Below, piece after piece: positions 23,001 through 49,056 of a DNA stretch of 64,000 bases. The DNA is taken from NCBI GenBank assembly GCA_051294375.1, contig CM119265.1, positions 9,246,772 to 9,310,771 of the forward strand, given 5' to 3'. Source of the DNA: Paraspadella gotoi (lineage: Eukaryota; Animalia; Chaetognatha). The position numbers were made by a program, and so were the translations under genes. Within the stretch, counting starts at the first letter, position 1; every line of letters begins with the position of its first letter. Under the pieces are notes generated by a model, which did no database searches, was not told the DNA's origin, and saw nothing but the letters and a program-made list of their open reading frames with translations.

Positions 23001-24616
23001 TTAGGAAACTATGAAATGTTCAATCACCTGAAGCGCCACGATGGTGGCGATGATAAGCGAAACCACGTCTCCTCTTTTCGCCAGCAGCACGTTCGGAACC
23101 ACGTTGGGCAGCGAGTCTGCAATTAGATGCAACAAGCCATCCTCTTCCTCTAGATTGGCGTCATCAGCCTCTGTAGGTGTCGCCGCATCCGTCGTCGTAG
23201 TCGTTCTCGCGTTTTCGTCAAAAATGTCGGGATAAACCGCGTTCATTAGCGAACGTTTGAAGGTCGGGTTGAGATGCAGCAAGGTCGCGGATGTCGAGTC
23301 AAAGGCATCGGTCTCGTCAACTTCCTCTTTCAGAGATGCCTTCTTCGCAGCCTCATTCTCCACCCCTTCATCTTTCTCCTCGACCGAAACGGTCGTCAAG
23401 GAGACGGCGGAGACGCCTCGCGACCGACTTCCCCCGTCTTCCTTCATTATGGAGGCGATTTCCTTCTGCAGCCTCTTGTTCTGTGCCAATGCGTCGTCGA
23501 TCTCCTTGTCTTTAGCGATGAGATCATGTCGAAGTCGCGAGATTTCTTTCTCCTTCTCCTCGACGTCTTCCACGAGGCGATCGATCGCCTCCCCGTCCAT
23601 CTGAGTCTGCATCTCGGCGTCGACCAGGTTGTCCGGACGACGTTCGCCGGCGTCCTCGGAGAGGCGAATTCCGCCGCTCATGTAACCCCGAAAGATGCCC
23701 AGGAGCGGCGCCGGACGAGGGACGTTAAGGCAGACGTCGTCCCAGTCGTCGAGATCCTGGTTCCCGTCATTCTCGTCCGCCAGGGTTATGGCCGCTGGAA
23801 AAAATAATCAATTGTCAGTTATTAATAGATATTAAGATTAACATGTCATTTAGGAAACTTTAAACGAAATAAGGAAGGAAAAAGATCCCGAAATTATGCC
23901 GACCTAATTTGCAATTGGCCTGTAGCAAGAACTCGTTAACTAGAAAGTTGATGGCGCGCTTTTCGTGCTCTTTCATCGGCGACGCCGACGCCGCTTCGCT
24001 CTTCTCCGGTCCCTGGCGTGGCGACGTCCGCGCTTGAGGTTTGGCGGCACTATCGGCGTTGCCCGTCGTCGCCGCGTCGCTGGTGATTTGCGATCGTAAC
24101 GATTTGATAGAGTCCCTGCCGCGAAAGTGGGGAGAATGTGGACAAACAAAATCCAGTAAATAAACAAAAATTAACTGACTTGGCCTTTCTTAGTTCGAAT
24201 TCCAAGACGGCGATTCGCTCGTCCCTTTGCTTCTCCCCGTCGTCGGAAAACCTCGAGAACTCGAGGCTCTCGAAAGTTTGGACGGAATTGGAGCGGGAGA
24301 GCTGCGTCATCGGCGGCGGGAAGGCGTCGAAGGTGGCGGCGTTGATTGCGGGCGGAAGGGTCGACTTTTGGACGGGCTGCTCGAAGTGGACCGGGTTGGA
24401 AAAGTAGTCACGAAGGAGGATCAGTTCGCGACCGCCCTCAGTCAACTCGGTGTGCAGTTCTAGCGCCGTTAGTACCAAATTGTCCTTTAAAAGTTTCGCG
24501 GCGACGGCTTCGATATCGACGTCTTTGGACGGTCCATTACCAGCGACGCCGTTGACGCAGTCCTCGTCGTCGTCCAAAAGGTTGACGCTGTCAAAGTCGG
24601 AATACGCCGTCGCCAT
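20042..24616 (-). CDS. RELCH: RAB11-binding LisH, coiled-coil and HEAT repeat protein (KIAA1468)
   Basis: AVAAKLLKDNLVLTALELHTELTEGGRELILLRDYFSNP, DERIAVLEFELRKAK, LisH EKRAINFLVNEFLLQANCKLAAITLADEN..DLDDWDDV, and EFLPQCWEQIGHKYEERRVLVAEACG; many short introns. Probable 5'UTR intron at ~24673-24762. Confidence 0.93.
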
Positions 24617-27600
24617 GACGACCGAGGGTGGGGGTTTACGCGAATTTCGAGCGGGGGGTAATACATGGATTTCTGAAAGAAATTATGTAAATATCACTTG
24701 AAGATTGAGAAGCAAAATAAATGGAGAACAACCCGGAAATATATATATTTTTTTAACCCAACCTATTTCATAAACGAACGAAACCTGTTTTAGAACTGTC
24801 AACATAAATATAAATATAAACCTTTTTTTTTATCTCCAAACAGCATGCATTTTATGCAATAGAACAACAATATTCAGCCTTGATGAGAAGTAAAACACGG
24901 AAATATATAGGAAATCAAGAAATCAATTCGTATTTATTTATTGACATTTTTGGAGACATCGAACCTTTTGTTTTTAATCCGCCCTGATTGAGCTGCCATC
25001 TGAGAGGACGGACTCGAGTCAGTGTCGATTTGGGGTCACAGAAGGCGGAACTGGTCTAGGGACAGGAGATGGTGTAGTGAAAAATATTTAAGAGAACAGT
25101 AGTAAATACTAGTAAATAATAATAATTTAAAAAATTTAAATCCTATACTTTATACTAATGAAAAGTGTAAACCCTGATTTAAAAAAAAATCAAGATTCTT
25201 GCTTGAGCGGAATACTTTATAGTTTTGCAAAGATTAACATTATTGCACGCCTCGCTTACAAACGAAACTTCCCTAGCAAGTAAGGAACGTTTATTTTTTT
25301 ACGGGCCATAAGAAGTAACTCGATACGGCACGATTGAACCTACGCCGAACCCCGGAGCGTGTTTCGATTAGAGGCGCAACTTGTACTTTGATCTTTTCTC
25401 ACCTTCGGGAAATCTTAGGGTCGAATCTTAGGGTCAAAACCACAAATAACTCCGGGTCTTCCCCCCTCCCCGTATTTACCGTCCGCCTTGATCCGAGATT
25501 CAAAGATTTTCTATTTTTACGATTTCGGGCGCGAGGTGAATCACAAAGAGCGAAAAGTCTTAGGAATATGGGTTACTCCGAGATTGTGATCTCCGTTCCC
25601 TTTCTGTAGATATTTGAAGCAACGCACGTTGTTAATTGTAAATAAGCCCGACGGGTTTAGTCTGTAGAGACGAACCCTACTTTCACGACCGGTCGCCATG
25701 AGCTCCTTCTGTGCCGGAGATTAAATTGGCTCCTCTGATTCAATTAGCGAATTAATTGGACGCGATGGGGAAAAGATAAACAAACAAAGACGTCCTCGTG
25801 CGCGGAAGGAGGATCCACGCTTCACTCGCCGCTCAATTTTTCGCTCGATCGCTTTTCACGTCAACCGTTTCGCTTTCCTCCCGGGATCGAATCGGGGGGA
25901 GACCAACACTGAGGTTCTTCTGGTCGGACTCCCCGCGTTTCCAGACCCCGCTTGATCCTCGGCTGGATATCGGCGGACCCCGAGTGTGGCCGCCGCGGGT
26001 GAGGGGGTCAAACCCAAGGATTTTCAACGTTGTTTGCGTGCGTGCACAGAGAGGATACCATCACGCAAACAATAACAAAGTAACTGATCGTAACTTGCTA
26101 CTAATTCAATAATTAATTAATAATTAATTAATCTGCTACAATTGTATTAATAAAAGTAGCCACTTTATAGACGTAACATTACCTACGTGCTACCAATGAA
26201 AAGTATAAACCAAAATAAATGTTAACGTTGGCTCGTTTTCATGATCGTGAGTGTTGTTTCTTTCGGCGGTTTTTTCTTTTTGTTTCACTATTCTCTTCTC
26301 CAGGACGTTTCTTTTCTTTTCACTTTTCTTTTAAATATTTTCCCCTTTTCCCTCACCCTACTATTTCAACCACTCCCGCCTTTTCTTTTTTTTCCCAATT
26401 TAATAATGAAAAAACAATAATAATTAATAAATAAGCAATTCACCCCAGCTTATTTTCACGAAGCCGATATATTTCACGCGTGATTGTGTCTATGATTCTA
26501 TCCCCTGCACGTCGCCCTCTCTTCCTTCTTTTCATTCCTCACCCTCGTTTGAGGAAAAACAAAAGAGCATGGGTGAGATACTCGAACCTCCCCTTGGCGG
26601 TCATCCGCGACTGAGGAATCGGGCTCGAAATTTCCCGCGCATCTCCCGGAGTCGTCGGCCGTGACCCTCGACGGCGCCGAGACGGGACCAAGGGTTCATG
26701 GAGAGGTCATTGACGGTCAGCGGTGGTCAATGGATCGAGCGGAAGGACGCGACCATCACGAACCACTTCTCGGAGCGAAGTTCCTCTCGAAACACTCGGT
26801 TCATTCATCCGTCAGTCCGAAGTTCCGTTCGAGCCGGAGTAACGTTGTAGTTCTATCTTGATGACGAAGGAAGAGAAATCTCTAAGAAGTTTTGTGAAAA
26901 ATAAATGTAAGGGTAATTTAAAGGTTTCATGCGACACAGTGAGTTGATTAAGTCCTTTGGAAGTGAAATCCTTCGTGACCCTACCTGAACGCAGAGACGA
27001 AAAAACGATATTCTTGCACGTGATTGACGCGCGATCTTTGGCGACGATCACGCGCACGATGAAGCTGAACGACTTGCGACGAAAACACGTGACCAAACGA
27101 CGATCGTCTCTCCGCTTCGAACAGCGATCGTCTCTCATGTTTCGAACGGCGATCGCCCCTCGTACGATCGAACGCTTGGCGCCAACATCATCTGGGATTC
27201 GGCAGCTTTCTCTTTCGATCCGAGACAAAAAAAAAGGTTTTGATTCACAAATCGTGCGAGACTTGAAAAATTGTTTTTTTGAGTCGGTAATACTCGAGAT
27301 CTGTCCGAATCCGATATTAAAAACTTAATCTCTTTTTTTCTTTTTTTCTTCTTTTTTTTAATAAATGAAGATCTTGTATTAACCATTTCATTCAACTCAT
27401 TGGAAATTCAATTCACGATTCAGGAAACCGAACCATCCATATTTTTCTTTTGAGTTCTATTTCAAAAACGTCACGATCGCATATTGTCATGATCATTTAT
27501 AATAGTTCCTTTTTTTTCATACAATAAAAATTTTTTTTATCGAAAAGTCACGTTTTCTTTTCATCTTTGAGAGATTTCGTACGGTTGTGACGCAACATAT

Positions 27601-27802
27601 GGCTCGAGCACCACAGCGGGGTCACGATCCGAGAACATCGGAGAAAGTCGTTTTTCATCCTCGTAATTTATTAACCTTATTAACGTAAGAATTATTAATT
27701 CACTGACTCATTTATTCATAAAAAAGGGAAATTCGCTTTTTTGCCCATTTTTCGCGAATCAATTATGCATCGTCGTGGTCTTCGTGGTTGTCGTTACTCC
27801 CA

Positions 27803-27846
27803 CCATCAGATGGCGTCGCCCGAGGTTCGGAATAATCAGATGGCGC
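27803..27846 (+). promoter_or_regulatory. Tandem CAGATGGCG motifs (CTCF- or YY1-like)
   Basis: CCATCAGATGGCGT and TAATCAGATGGCGC, 30 bp apart. Motif match only. Confidence 0.35.
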
Positions 27847-28814
27847 TGATGGAGGGAGGATCGACGCTCTTGCTATTAAGGCACTGATGACAAAGATAAA
27901 AATATTTTGGTGTTTCGTATAAATTGTGATTATAGAAAACAAATAAAATGCATTTTTTGGTTACATTACACAATTTTTTTTGAGCAATTAACAATATTTT
28001 CAGTGATGACTCAGTGACCGAATTTTAATCTCCCATATACTTGCAAAATTACCAGGAGTATGCCCGTAAGAAATCATATTTCTGTGTCTAATAAAACTAA
28101 TGAAACGTTAACACATGTCATGATCAATTGATCATCGGAAGCTCAAATTGCGAAAGTGAAAATAGAAAAAGAAAAAAAGTGAGGATCGTGAGAGACTCCC
28201 CCCACCATCCTCCCCGCGGACCACATGCGTGAAAAGGAGAGAGGGGGGAGTGAAGAAGCCGGTCAAGGATCGAGCGGGCGATGATTTCATGATGGGGAGG
28301 GGGGCGGTCATGGGAGAGGAGGATCGAGGGAAGACGAATGAAGGAGAGGAAGGAGAAACTTCCGTTCGAATAAAACTCAGGGAGAGTGAAAAGCGTGATA
28401 AGAGAGTGGCGACTAGATGCGGTTGAAGCAAGAACCAAAAATATCAGTGAATGAAAGAAAAGAAAGGAAAGGAAAAGAAAACAAGTGAAGTTAATGTAAT
28501 TGTCGGGAAAGTAAAGAAAATTGGAGGTTTCACAAAACGTGACTGTTGGGGAGTGGAGAGATACGGGATTTAAACAAGAAGGTAAAGAAGATGATGTGAT
28601 TGAAAGGAGGGATGAGGGAAGGCGGAGGAGAAAATGGGGGGAGGGGAGAAAAGAGAGGCGAGGAAAAGAGGGGAGGGACTTCCGCCGCGCGAACCCGGCG
28701 AAGCTAACGACCTCATAACTTTCACCGCCCGGATCGATGGGGAGAAAGGAGGCGAAAGGTCGACATGGTGAAGACGTGTGAGAACGTGTCTCTCTCTCTC
28801 TTTCTCTTTCTCTT

Positions 28815-28859
<45 letters not shown>

Positions 28860-30411
28860 CGAGCAAACGTGAAAACTTGACGATTCACCGGCGACTCGCC
28901 TCATCTTCGTTGTGAGGATCTTTCGTCGAATGACTTTTTTGATGAGGCGACGGGTCTCATGTTGTTGTTGTTGTGAGGCCTCTCGCTTTAATATCTCCTT
29001 CTTGATTTTCACGGAGAAATGAGTTGAGATTGTGTAATTTTTTATTTCTTATAAGCGTTGGTTGGTAATATTTCTAAATGATTAGTCTTTATATTTATAA
29101 TTATGGTACATATAAGTCCAAAAAGAACGTTAACAGCCCGTATGTTCTCAGCTGCATTTAGGTTCAAATTAAAAATTTCGACCTTTAAATTGTTTTTAAT
29201 GAAAATTATTAACTTATGCATAAAAGCGGCGGGAGCCCCCTAGTAGCAAAAGTAATGGCGAGGAGAAATCACAATGTCGGAAATATCTTTATGATGTTCA
29301 AGTATTGGTTTATCTTTTACAGAGGATCTAAATATTTTACAAGATGATTATGCTCAATCGGTTCAATTATCAACTACGGACTATCGTTTTAAAAATTAAA
29401 CTTTTAACCAAATCGTGCTTTCTCCTTTTAAACCGCCGATGCCCAGGGATTTTCCCAGACTCTCAAAAAATTTCTCACAGAATTTTCTTCTTTTTTTCTT
29501 TTTTTTTTCTTTCCAATAGACATTCTTGAAGAACAATACATTTTTTAGGATCATGACTTAATCCTCTCTCTCTCTCTTTCTCTCTCTCACTTTCGATTTC
29601 CCATAAACGTTTCCCTCATAACTTGCCCCATTGATCTTGGCCAATTGTAGTCGAGAAAGAGATTTTGTAGACCAATCAGAGAAGCTTAGGGAATCAGAGG
29701 AGCCAATCCGNNNNNNNNNNNNNNNNNNNNNAAAAAGAAAGATTGGTGACCAAAACTGAGCGTAGGAATTTTCCGAGGACCCTGTTAGATGGAAATAGGC
29801 TTAACTCCAAACTGTATATTAATTTTATTCTTCATTCTTGAATACATCCTTTATATCTTGAAGTGCAAAGAATTATATTGTTTTCCTCAACTTTTCCTTT
29901 GTTTCCTTCTCTTTTATGCCATTTTTTAGTTCATTTTTAAATTCTCCCAATTCAGTTTTTGGCACCAAGTTCCACGTATACTTACAAATCGTGTCAATTT
30001 CAGTTCCAGTCACGTGGTTCTCAGCCTCTCGATAGAACAGAGCGACGGGAGGCTTCAAGGTAAGTTCCAAGGTGAGTCCTCCAGGCCGAGGGTGCGAAAT
30101 CCAAAGGTGAGGCCTTGAGACGCTTCAGGGCGTGGAAAGAGGCGCAACAAAAAGAAAAAGAATCATTTAGTAATCTCAGCGCTTCGTAGATACGTGGGAT
30201 GTAACTCTCGGGGCTAAAAATGAGCGTTACGACGATTGGGAATCTCAGGTCACGATGCTTGAAAAGTAGATGATTAAGCGACCAAATTTCTTTCATTTGT
30301 CGCCAAATATTAAGAAAGAAAGAAGCTCAAAAACCCCCGGGGATTTTCAGGGGTGGGAGAGGGTGAATAAAAAGAGAAGAAGAGAGAGAGAGAGAGAGAG
30401 AGAGAAGAGAG

Positions 30412-30455
<44 letters not shown>

Positions 30456-30517
30456 TAATCTGTGAGAAAACGTCTCAGGATATATCCTTTGGGACCCTGG
30501 GGATGAAGAGGAGGTGA

Positions 30518-30601
<84 letters not shown>

Positions 30602-33477
30602 TGAGAGTGGAGAGGGAGAGGAGAAAAGAAACGGGAGGGTTGTCGAGAAAAGGATTGAGACTGAAAAGAAAACAAAGTAAAAAAAAAAAGGAAGAAAAAA
30701 AAAGGACAAACAAGACGAAGGAACGAAGACTGTATAAGAGTTAGTTTACTCATGAAATATCCCTGGGAAAAATCTTTTGTTGATTCTCGTCGGGAGAATG
30801 GATTAATCGCGATTGAGTGAACTCAGTATTGACGGTAGTCGTTTTGTGGAAGAATATTGATCAAAAGTTATTTGATATCTATACGTACGATCTAGATATA
30901 TAAACCGATAAACCGAGTGTATCTTAACTGATAAGCGCGTTGTTTTGTCGGCCGGTTTATTTAAAAGGTTCCGATTTACTTCAATGTGCAACAATTGATA
31001 AAAAAAAAAATTTGATTCCATCTTCGATCAATCAGTTAACTCCAATTATGCCAATCATTGTGGACGGCCATCTTTGCCGAGTTCCAAGTACTAACCGACG
31101 CTCGTTAGTAGCCAGTTATCTCGTTTGATTTTCTCGAAGACATCGCCTTATGAAAATATTGATTTTCACATAACAATTCCCCTGCATGACTTTACAAAAA
31201 GGAAAAAAAAAAAAAGAATTGGGCCATAAATTAAATCTATTAACGTGATAAATGCTCCCGTCGTTTCAACCAAACGAGTCTTTTACGATTTTAACCAAAC
31301 TCGAAAGAAAAAAAAATAAACAGGATTCCTTTTTTTTTCATATATTCTCAACCCGCTTTTGGTTTAATCGTCATAAAATCATTTTTGTCAACTATTTATT
31401 CAATTATTAATAAATTTCTTCTGCTAATAATATCAAATTAGGTTCTGGAAAAATCATAAGCCACACTGGGGTTGGGAAACGTGGGTGACGGTCGAATGAA
31501 CCGGCGTACTTTTTAGAGTCCTTTTCGGAGTGCACTGTGTAAACTCGGATTCCTGAAAGGTCGTCAAGATAAAAAAAAAAATACACTTAAAAAAAAATAA
31601 ACGGACTGAAAAAAATGAAAACTGTTCGTGGCTCGCGCCTAAAAGTCACTTAAGCCAAAATCTTTCAACCTTATTTTTTCTGTTTTCTAATTCCTCTATT
31701 GGTTCATTCGTTTGTAAGTTTGTAAGGTTCATTTGCATCTGTATCCATCGTGTCGTCCTGAACTCTACCGTCGATTCTTAATCCCTAAAGGAATTTGTGT
31801 CGATCCAAAAAATAAAGAGAGAGAATTTGATATCTGTTATTATTATTCTCTCTCTCTCTTTTTTGCCCTCCCGTAGGCGAAACAAACGGAGCACAGAGAG
31901 AGAGAGAGACGAGATGACGATGAGAGAGACGAGAGAGCAACGAGACGACAGGAGAGAGAGACGACGCACGGAACAGAGAGACGTGAGAGACGAGAGAGAG
32001 AGGGTGAGATGACAAAGTCTCTACATCACAAAGCTGGACATATTTCGTTGACTGCGGAAGAAAATAAATTTTATCGTCGTAATTTTCGTAAATCCTGACT
32101 CAAAAATCCGTTGACAAATTTACTTGATTCAATTTAGGATTTTCATCTTTCGATTTTTACAATTGCAGATATCCTGTTATCTTCCTGTTTTTTTCGCGGT
32201 TTTTTAAATCTGTTTATTTTTTAAAATCAGTTTTGTCATGTCACTTGACGATTATTTTTCAAATTACCTCAAATAAATTTCTGAAACATTTATTTAACTA
32301 CTAACCTTTGTTATTTTGTTATAAATTGTTTCTCAGCTTTTGAACTAGTTTCTGAATGTTTAAGATCTCATAAATACAAACAAGCTGACTCCTCAAAATA
32401 TTTCAAACTTGGCTAGCAGCAATCTCTCAGTTTCACTATCGAGTGATCTCTCAACCTTGTCAACGATTTGAGATGATGTGGTGATGATCCTTGAGTCGAC
32501 GTTTCACGTACTTTGAGCGATTTATTTTTTTTTAATTCGTACTTATCAATCAACGCTTTAAAAAAAAAAACCACAGGAAAAACAAAAGATCTATTTTTTA
32601 TCCGGGAGATTTGCGTTGATATAAAAAAAAACGTTTTAATTAATCGGATAGAATCGTTAAAAAAAAGACAGAGAGAGAGAGGGAGAGAAGGAAAGAAAAA
32701 AAAATCTCTTGATTCAAAAAGTAAATAAAGGAATTTTTCTGTCTCTCTCTCTCTCTCTCCTTCTTTTTTTGGCGATCTTGATAAGGATTTTTTGGGCATT
32801 ATCCGATTTAGCCTCTCAGGATCGAATCAACGAAACGAATCAACCTCGAATCTCTAACGCTTTTACTCTTTTTCTTTTCTTTTTTTTTACTCTTTTCACT
32901 TTGTATCTTTCTTTTTTTTCTAGTCTTGGATTGAGGACCAACATTCTTTTTTTCTTTTCGTCTTGTATTCCTCGCTACCTGTTTTATGTTCAATGTTTAC
33001 AATCGAAAGAACAGGAATTACGCCGCGAAATTCGAATTAAAAGTACGAACCAGATCAAAAAGAGAAAAAAAAAGAGTTTGATTTGCGATTAAACTTCGCT
33101 TTCGATGTCAACACAAAAATCGAATTTGACGAAATGACAAATGCGGAGAATATGGATTAAGAAATTCTTAAATAAAATTAACAAACTTAATAACTACGCA
33201 TAAAGGCTAAAGTGAATCATAATAGCTTCCAGCATCATTACTAAAAAACAAGAAAAAAAACCCAAAGAAAAAAAAACTAATGGTACAATTCAATTGATTC
33301 CCCAAAAAAGTGAAAATGTCTAAAGCAAAGCTAAAGACAAAAGCAAAACCGCCGAGACTGCAATTGAAAGTAAGAATGTGAATCTGAGATTTATACGTTA
33401 TTAATATTTATCTTATTAGTTATTATGCAATAACATATTACATATAACAAGTTCTCTAACTTCCACCCTTTCATCAG

Positions 33478-45523
<12,046 letters not shown>

Positions 45524-46195
45524 AATTTTAAATCATTTTTCAATTGTTCGATTTTTATTGACGGTTTGAATGAATTTTTTTTGAGTATATAACAAGTCGT
45601 TTTTTTTCTTATTTTTTAATTTGTATAATAATCCAGACTTTTTTCTCACTTTCTTAACATCGACTTATGACAATAAATATACATATGACATCAGGACAAG
45701 AATTTCATCGTTTATGAGAATAGTTTATTGCCTCCCCCCCCCAAAAAAAAAAACAATAAAATGTTTTTATTGTTTCATTGAACTCGAAAAACTGACTATT
45801 CACAGGTTCACAAAGATTTTTCGTGGTTCTGCGTCTTTTCTCATGGGTCAATTTCGAAGGGAACCATTCACGGATCGTAATCGTGATTCCGTCTCAGTGA
45901 TTCTAATTTCGTGAATCGACCTCCACCGTCAAAACCGCCGATTGGATTCCGCGGTCGAACAATGAAAAAGAATCACAGAATTAGGAAACAATGGAAAGAG
46001 TCAAATTTGGTCGGAGATCCTCCGTCTAAACGGTTCCATCGACGGGTAAACAATGAGACGAGAAGTAAACAATAAACAATAAACAATCGGCGAAATAATG
46101 GAGAGAGAATTAAAACCGCGGTAAAGAGAACCGGGTTTTTTGACTTCGACGAATGAACGAAAAGTTTAAAAACGAAACAATGGCACTAAATGGGT

Positions 46196-46228
<33 letters not shown>

Positions 46229-46914
46229 TCGAATACATCAAACAAAACGAAATACCAAAAAAACGATCTCGCGAAGATACATAAAGAAAAGAATCGGAAC
46301 GCATTCAGACCAAAAAAAAAAACACAAGCGAGGCCGAAAATAAAAACAAAAGACATCTTCCGGTTTTCTGGTTGTGAGACCCACGCGAAAAATCTTGGAC
46401 CGCGATCTTCCCATTAGCATACGGGATCATCGGAGTCGAAGAGGGGGAATGGGGAATGGGAGTTGGAGAAAGGGTTGGTTAACGGGGAGGGGGGTTCCCG
46501 CGGGGTGGAAAGGGTGGAAGGGGGACGAATCTCACGGCCTTGACGTCTCGCGAGTTTGTTTGGGATCGAGTTATGGTAATTTTTTTAGCTAGAGGAATCC
46601 GGGGGGGGGGGCGAGGGGGGGATTAGGAGGGAGAGGAGATGAGGAAGTCGGGATTGGCGATCGAATCTTACTGAGCGACGTGAAGGAGAATAAGGAGTCA
46701 TTTTTCATCCGTCGCGGATTGAGATGTCAAAAACTGAATCCTTCATATTTGAAATGAAATTTGCTTTTATTAATTAAAAGGAGCTTTTTATCAATGAAAA
46801 GTCAAACGTTTCAAATAATGTTTCAACAAAGGAGTCAATAATTTCGACCATGAACTTTTTTTAAAAAAGCGCTTTTGCGCAGTTTTACTGTAACAGGAAC
46901 AAAAATATTAAAAG

Positions 46915-47085
46915 AAAAACCAATGCCTATTGTCTAACGATTAGTCCACAAACTTTAATTGCCAAAGAGTCAATCATTTTGACCGGCAACTGAGAAAAAA
47001 ATTGCGTTTTTTGGCAGTTGTAATGTAAAAACCAATGTCTACGTATTATCTAACGATTATGCCACAAACTTGGATTGCCTAAGCT
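46915..47085. repeat. Degenerate tandem duplication with ~110-bp period
   Basis: aaaaccaatg.cta...tctaacgatta..ccacaaactt..attgcc.aag occurs twice. Confidence 0.7.
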
Positions 47086-47526
47086 AAAGGCTTGAAATTC
47101 CATTGTTTCAAATTGAAGGAAAGCTTTTTCGCTTTTTTGCTCCCATTTGGGATGAAAAGGTAACAAAGTTGTGATTCAAAAATTTCATCATCATCCACGT
47201 CTTTCCAAGGAACTGGTGTTTTCTCTGGGAAAAACATTTTTTCGACAATGTAATATATCGAAGCTTTATTATTTTTTTTTCATCATCTTCTTCTTCTTTT
47301 TCTTCATCAGTCATGAGCTTAGTAAAATCCACTTAGTCCCTTTACATTCCATCCCGCTTCCTGACAAAGTCGATATTGGCCGATTATCGGAGTATTCCTC
47401 CGTGACCTATTACGTAGTTTTCTCTCAGTTTAAAAATTGGGTTAAAAAAAATAAAAAAAATAATAAAAAATATTTTACTTTGTTTGACGAGAGTTGGTAT
47501 AAAATTTTAAGATAATTTTCTCTCTC

Positions 47527-47575
<49 letters not shown>

Positions 47576-48837
47576 AAAAATAAAAGAAACATTAAAAAAT
47601 ATTTTTTCTTCCACCGTAGAATCTTTTGTTCCGATTCACACCATGAATCGACCGTTGCCCAATAGTCGGCCTCACAAAACCGCAGAATCCGTAGATCGTC
47701 GATCGATGAGATAAGTCCCCCTTTTTCTCCCCCTCACCCTCGCCCCTCTCCTCCCTTCCTTCCCCTTTGCCCCCACTCCCCCCTCACTCTCGCGTCGCCG
47801 CGATTCCCCCCCCTTCCAATTCTCCCTCAATTCACGCGACAGATTGTCGAACCCTTAAGCTTTTGTCCCATTTTCGGGATTCCACTCTCTTCTCTTTTAT
47901 TATTCTCTCTTATTCGATTTTTTTCCCCCGGACTACATTTTCCCTGTCGATTTTTTTTTCGTTCATGTTGACTGTTGTCTCTCAAATTCACAAATTGGCT
48001 ATGTACGGTTCGTACTACTATAATTAACTCCGTGATTAATTTATCTTTCTTTACATTTTCTATCGCTTCGTCAACAGCATTGCTCCGATACCGGCGTATC
48101 TTCAGAATGAACCGAACCAAATCAACATTCAACCAATTACTAAGCCGCCCCCCCTCTTATCCAATTCCCCCCTTTACCCCATAAATCCACAATCCCCTCC
48201 CCTCGCACGAAGAGATAAGCAAATCCAAGTCTTTTTTCTTTCTTTTGTTCTCCTTCGATTGTTCGTCGCGAGTTTGAAATGGAAAAGAGAAGGAGGGGGT
48301 AGAACCCCCACTTCCCCCCATTTTCTCCGTCACAACCCCCCCCCTTTCGCCCCCGCAACCCGATGGCCGACTTAAAACGACCCACGATCTTCTGGTAATT
48401 TTCACCTCTGTTAGTTTGTTACAGTGTTGAAAAGTATTTCAGATTTTCTATCAGAAGTCAACTACAATGTATTTCTTCTTAAAAAAGAAAACAATTATAA
48501 TTTTAATATTCATATTAATATTAATAATAAATTAAAATAAGGTGTTCTACGAGGCCAAATAAAAACTAACAATATTTTTTTCCCGATAGAAAATATAATT
48601 TTTTATAAAAAAAAAAGGACAGAATAATTCCATTATTAGTTTAAACAGCTTTATATTTCCATGGTTTTAATTCTAATTGAAGATAATTCACATTCCCTAC
48701 TTTTGTGATAATAATTCAACGGGAGTGCCCAAACTCTCCATATCTCGCTCTTTTTTTTTCTCATAGGGTCATTACGACGTTTCAATTTTTTTCCAATTTC
48801 CAATTCTTTCCGCTTCCTTTGTTTGTTTTCGTTTCCT

Positions 48838-48987
48838 CGGTGACGCGACCCCGCGTGACGTCGCGTCACGTGACCTCGCACCACGCGATTTTTCTTTCTA
48901 AATTTCTATTTTTTTTTCTTTTTCTTTCGACGCGACGATTCTTTCCAATTCTGGTTCCACTCTATGGTGCCATGGTGCCATGGTGAC
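48838..48987. promoter_or_regulatory. Cluster of TGACG/CACGTG palindromes with an X-box-like GGTGCCATGGTGAC
   Basis: ggtgacgcgaccccgcgtgacgtcgcgtcacgtgacc at 48839-48876; X-box-like motif at 48974-48987. Confidence 0.35.
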
Positions 48988-49019
48988 GTTTTTCCGTTTT
49001 CGCTCCGATTGCGAATTTA

Positions 49020-49056
<37 letters not shown>

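Noticed and set aside
19029-24701. Long + strand ORFs (e.g. 21622-22392, 256 aa)
   Set aside because: Antisense shadows of GC-rich MVB12 and RELCH exons.
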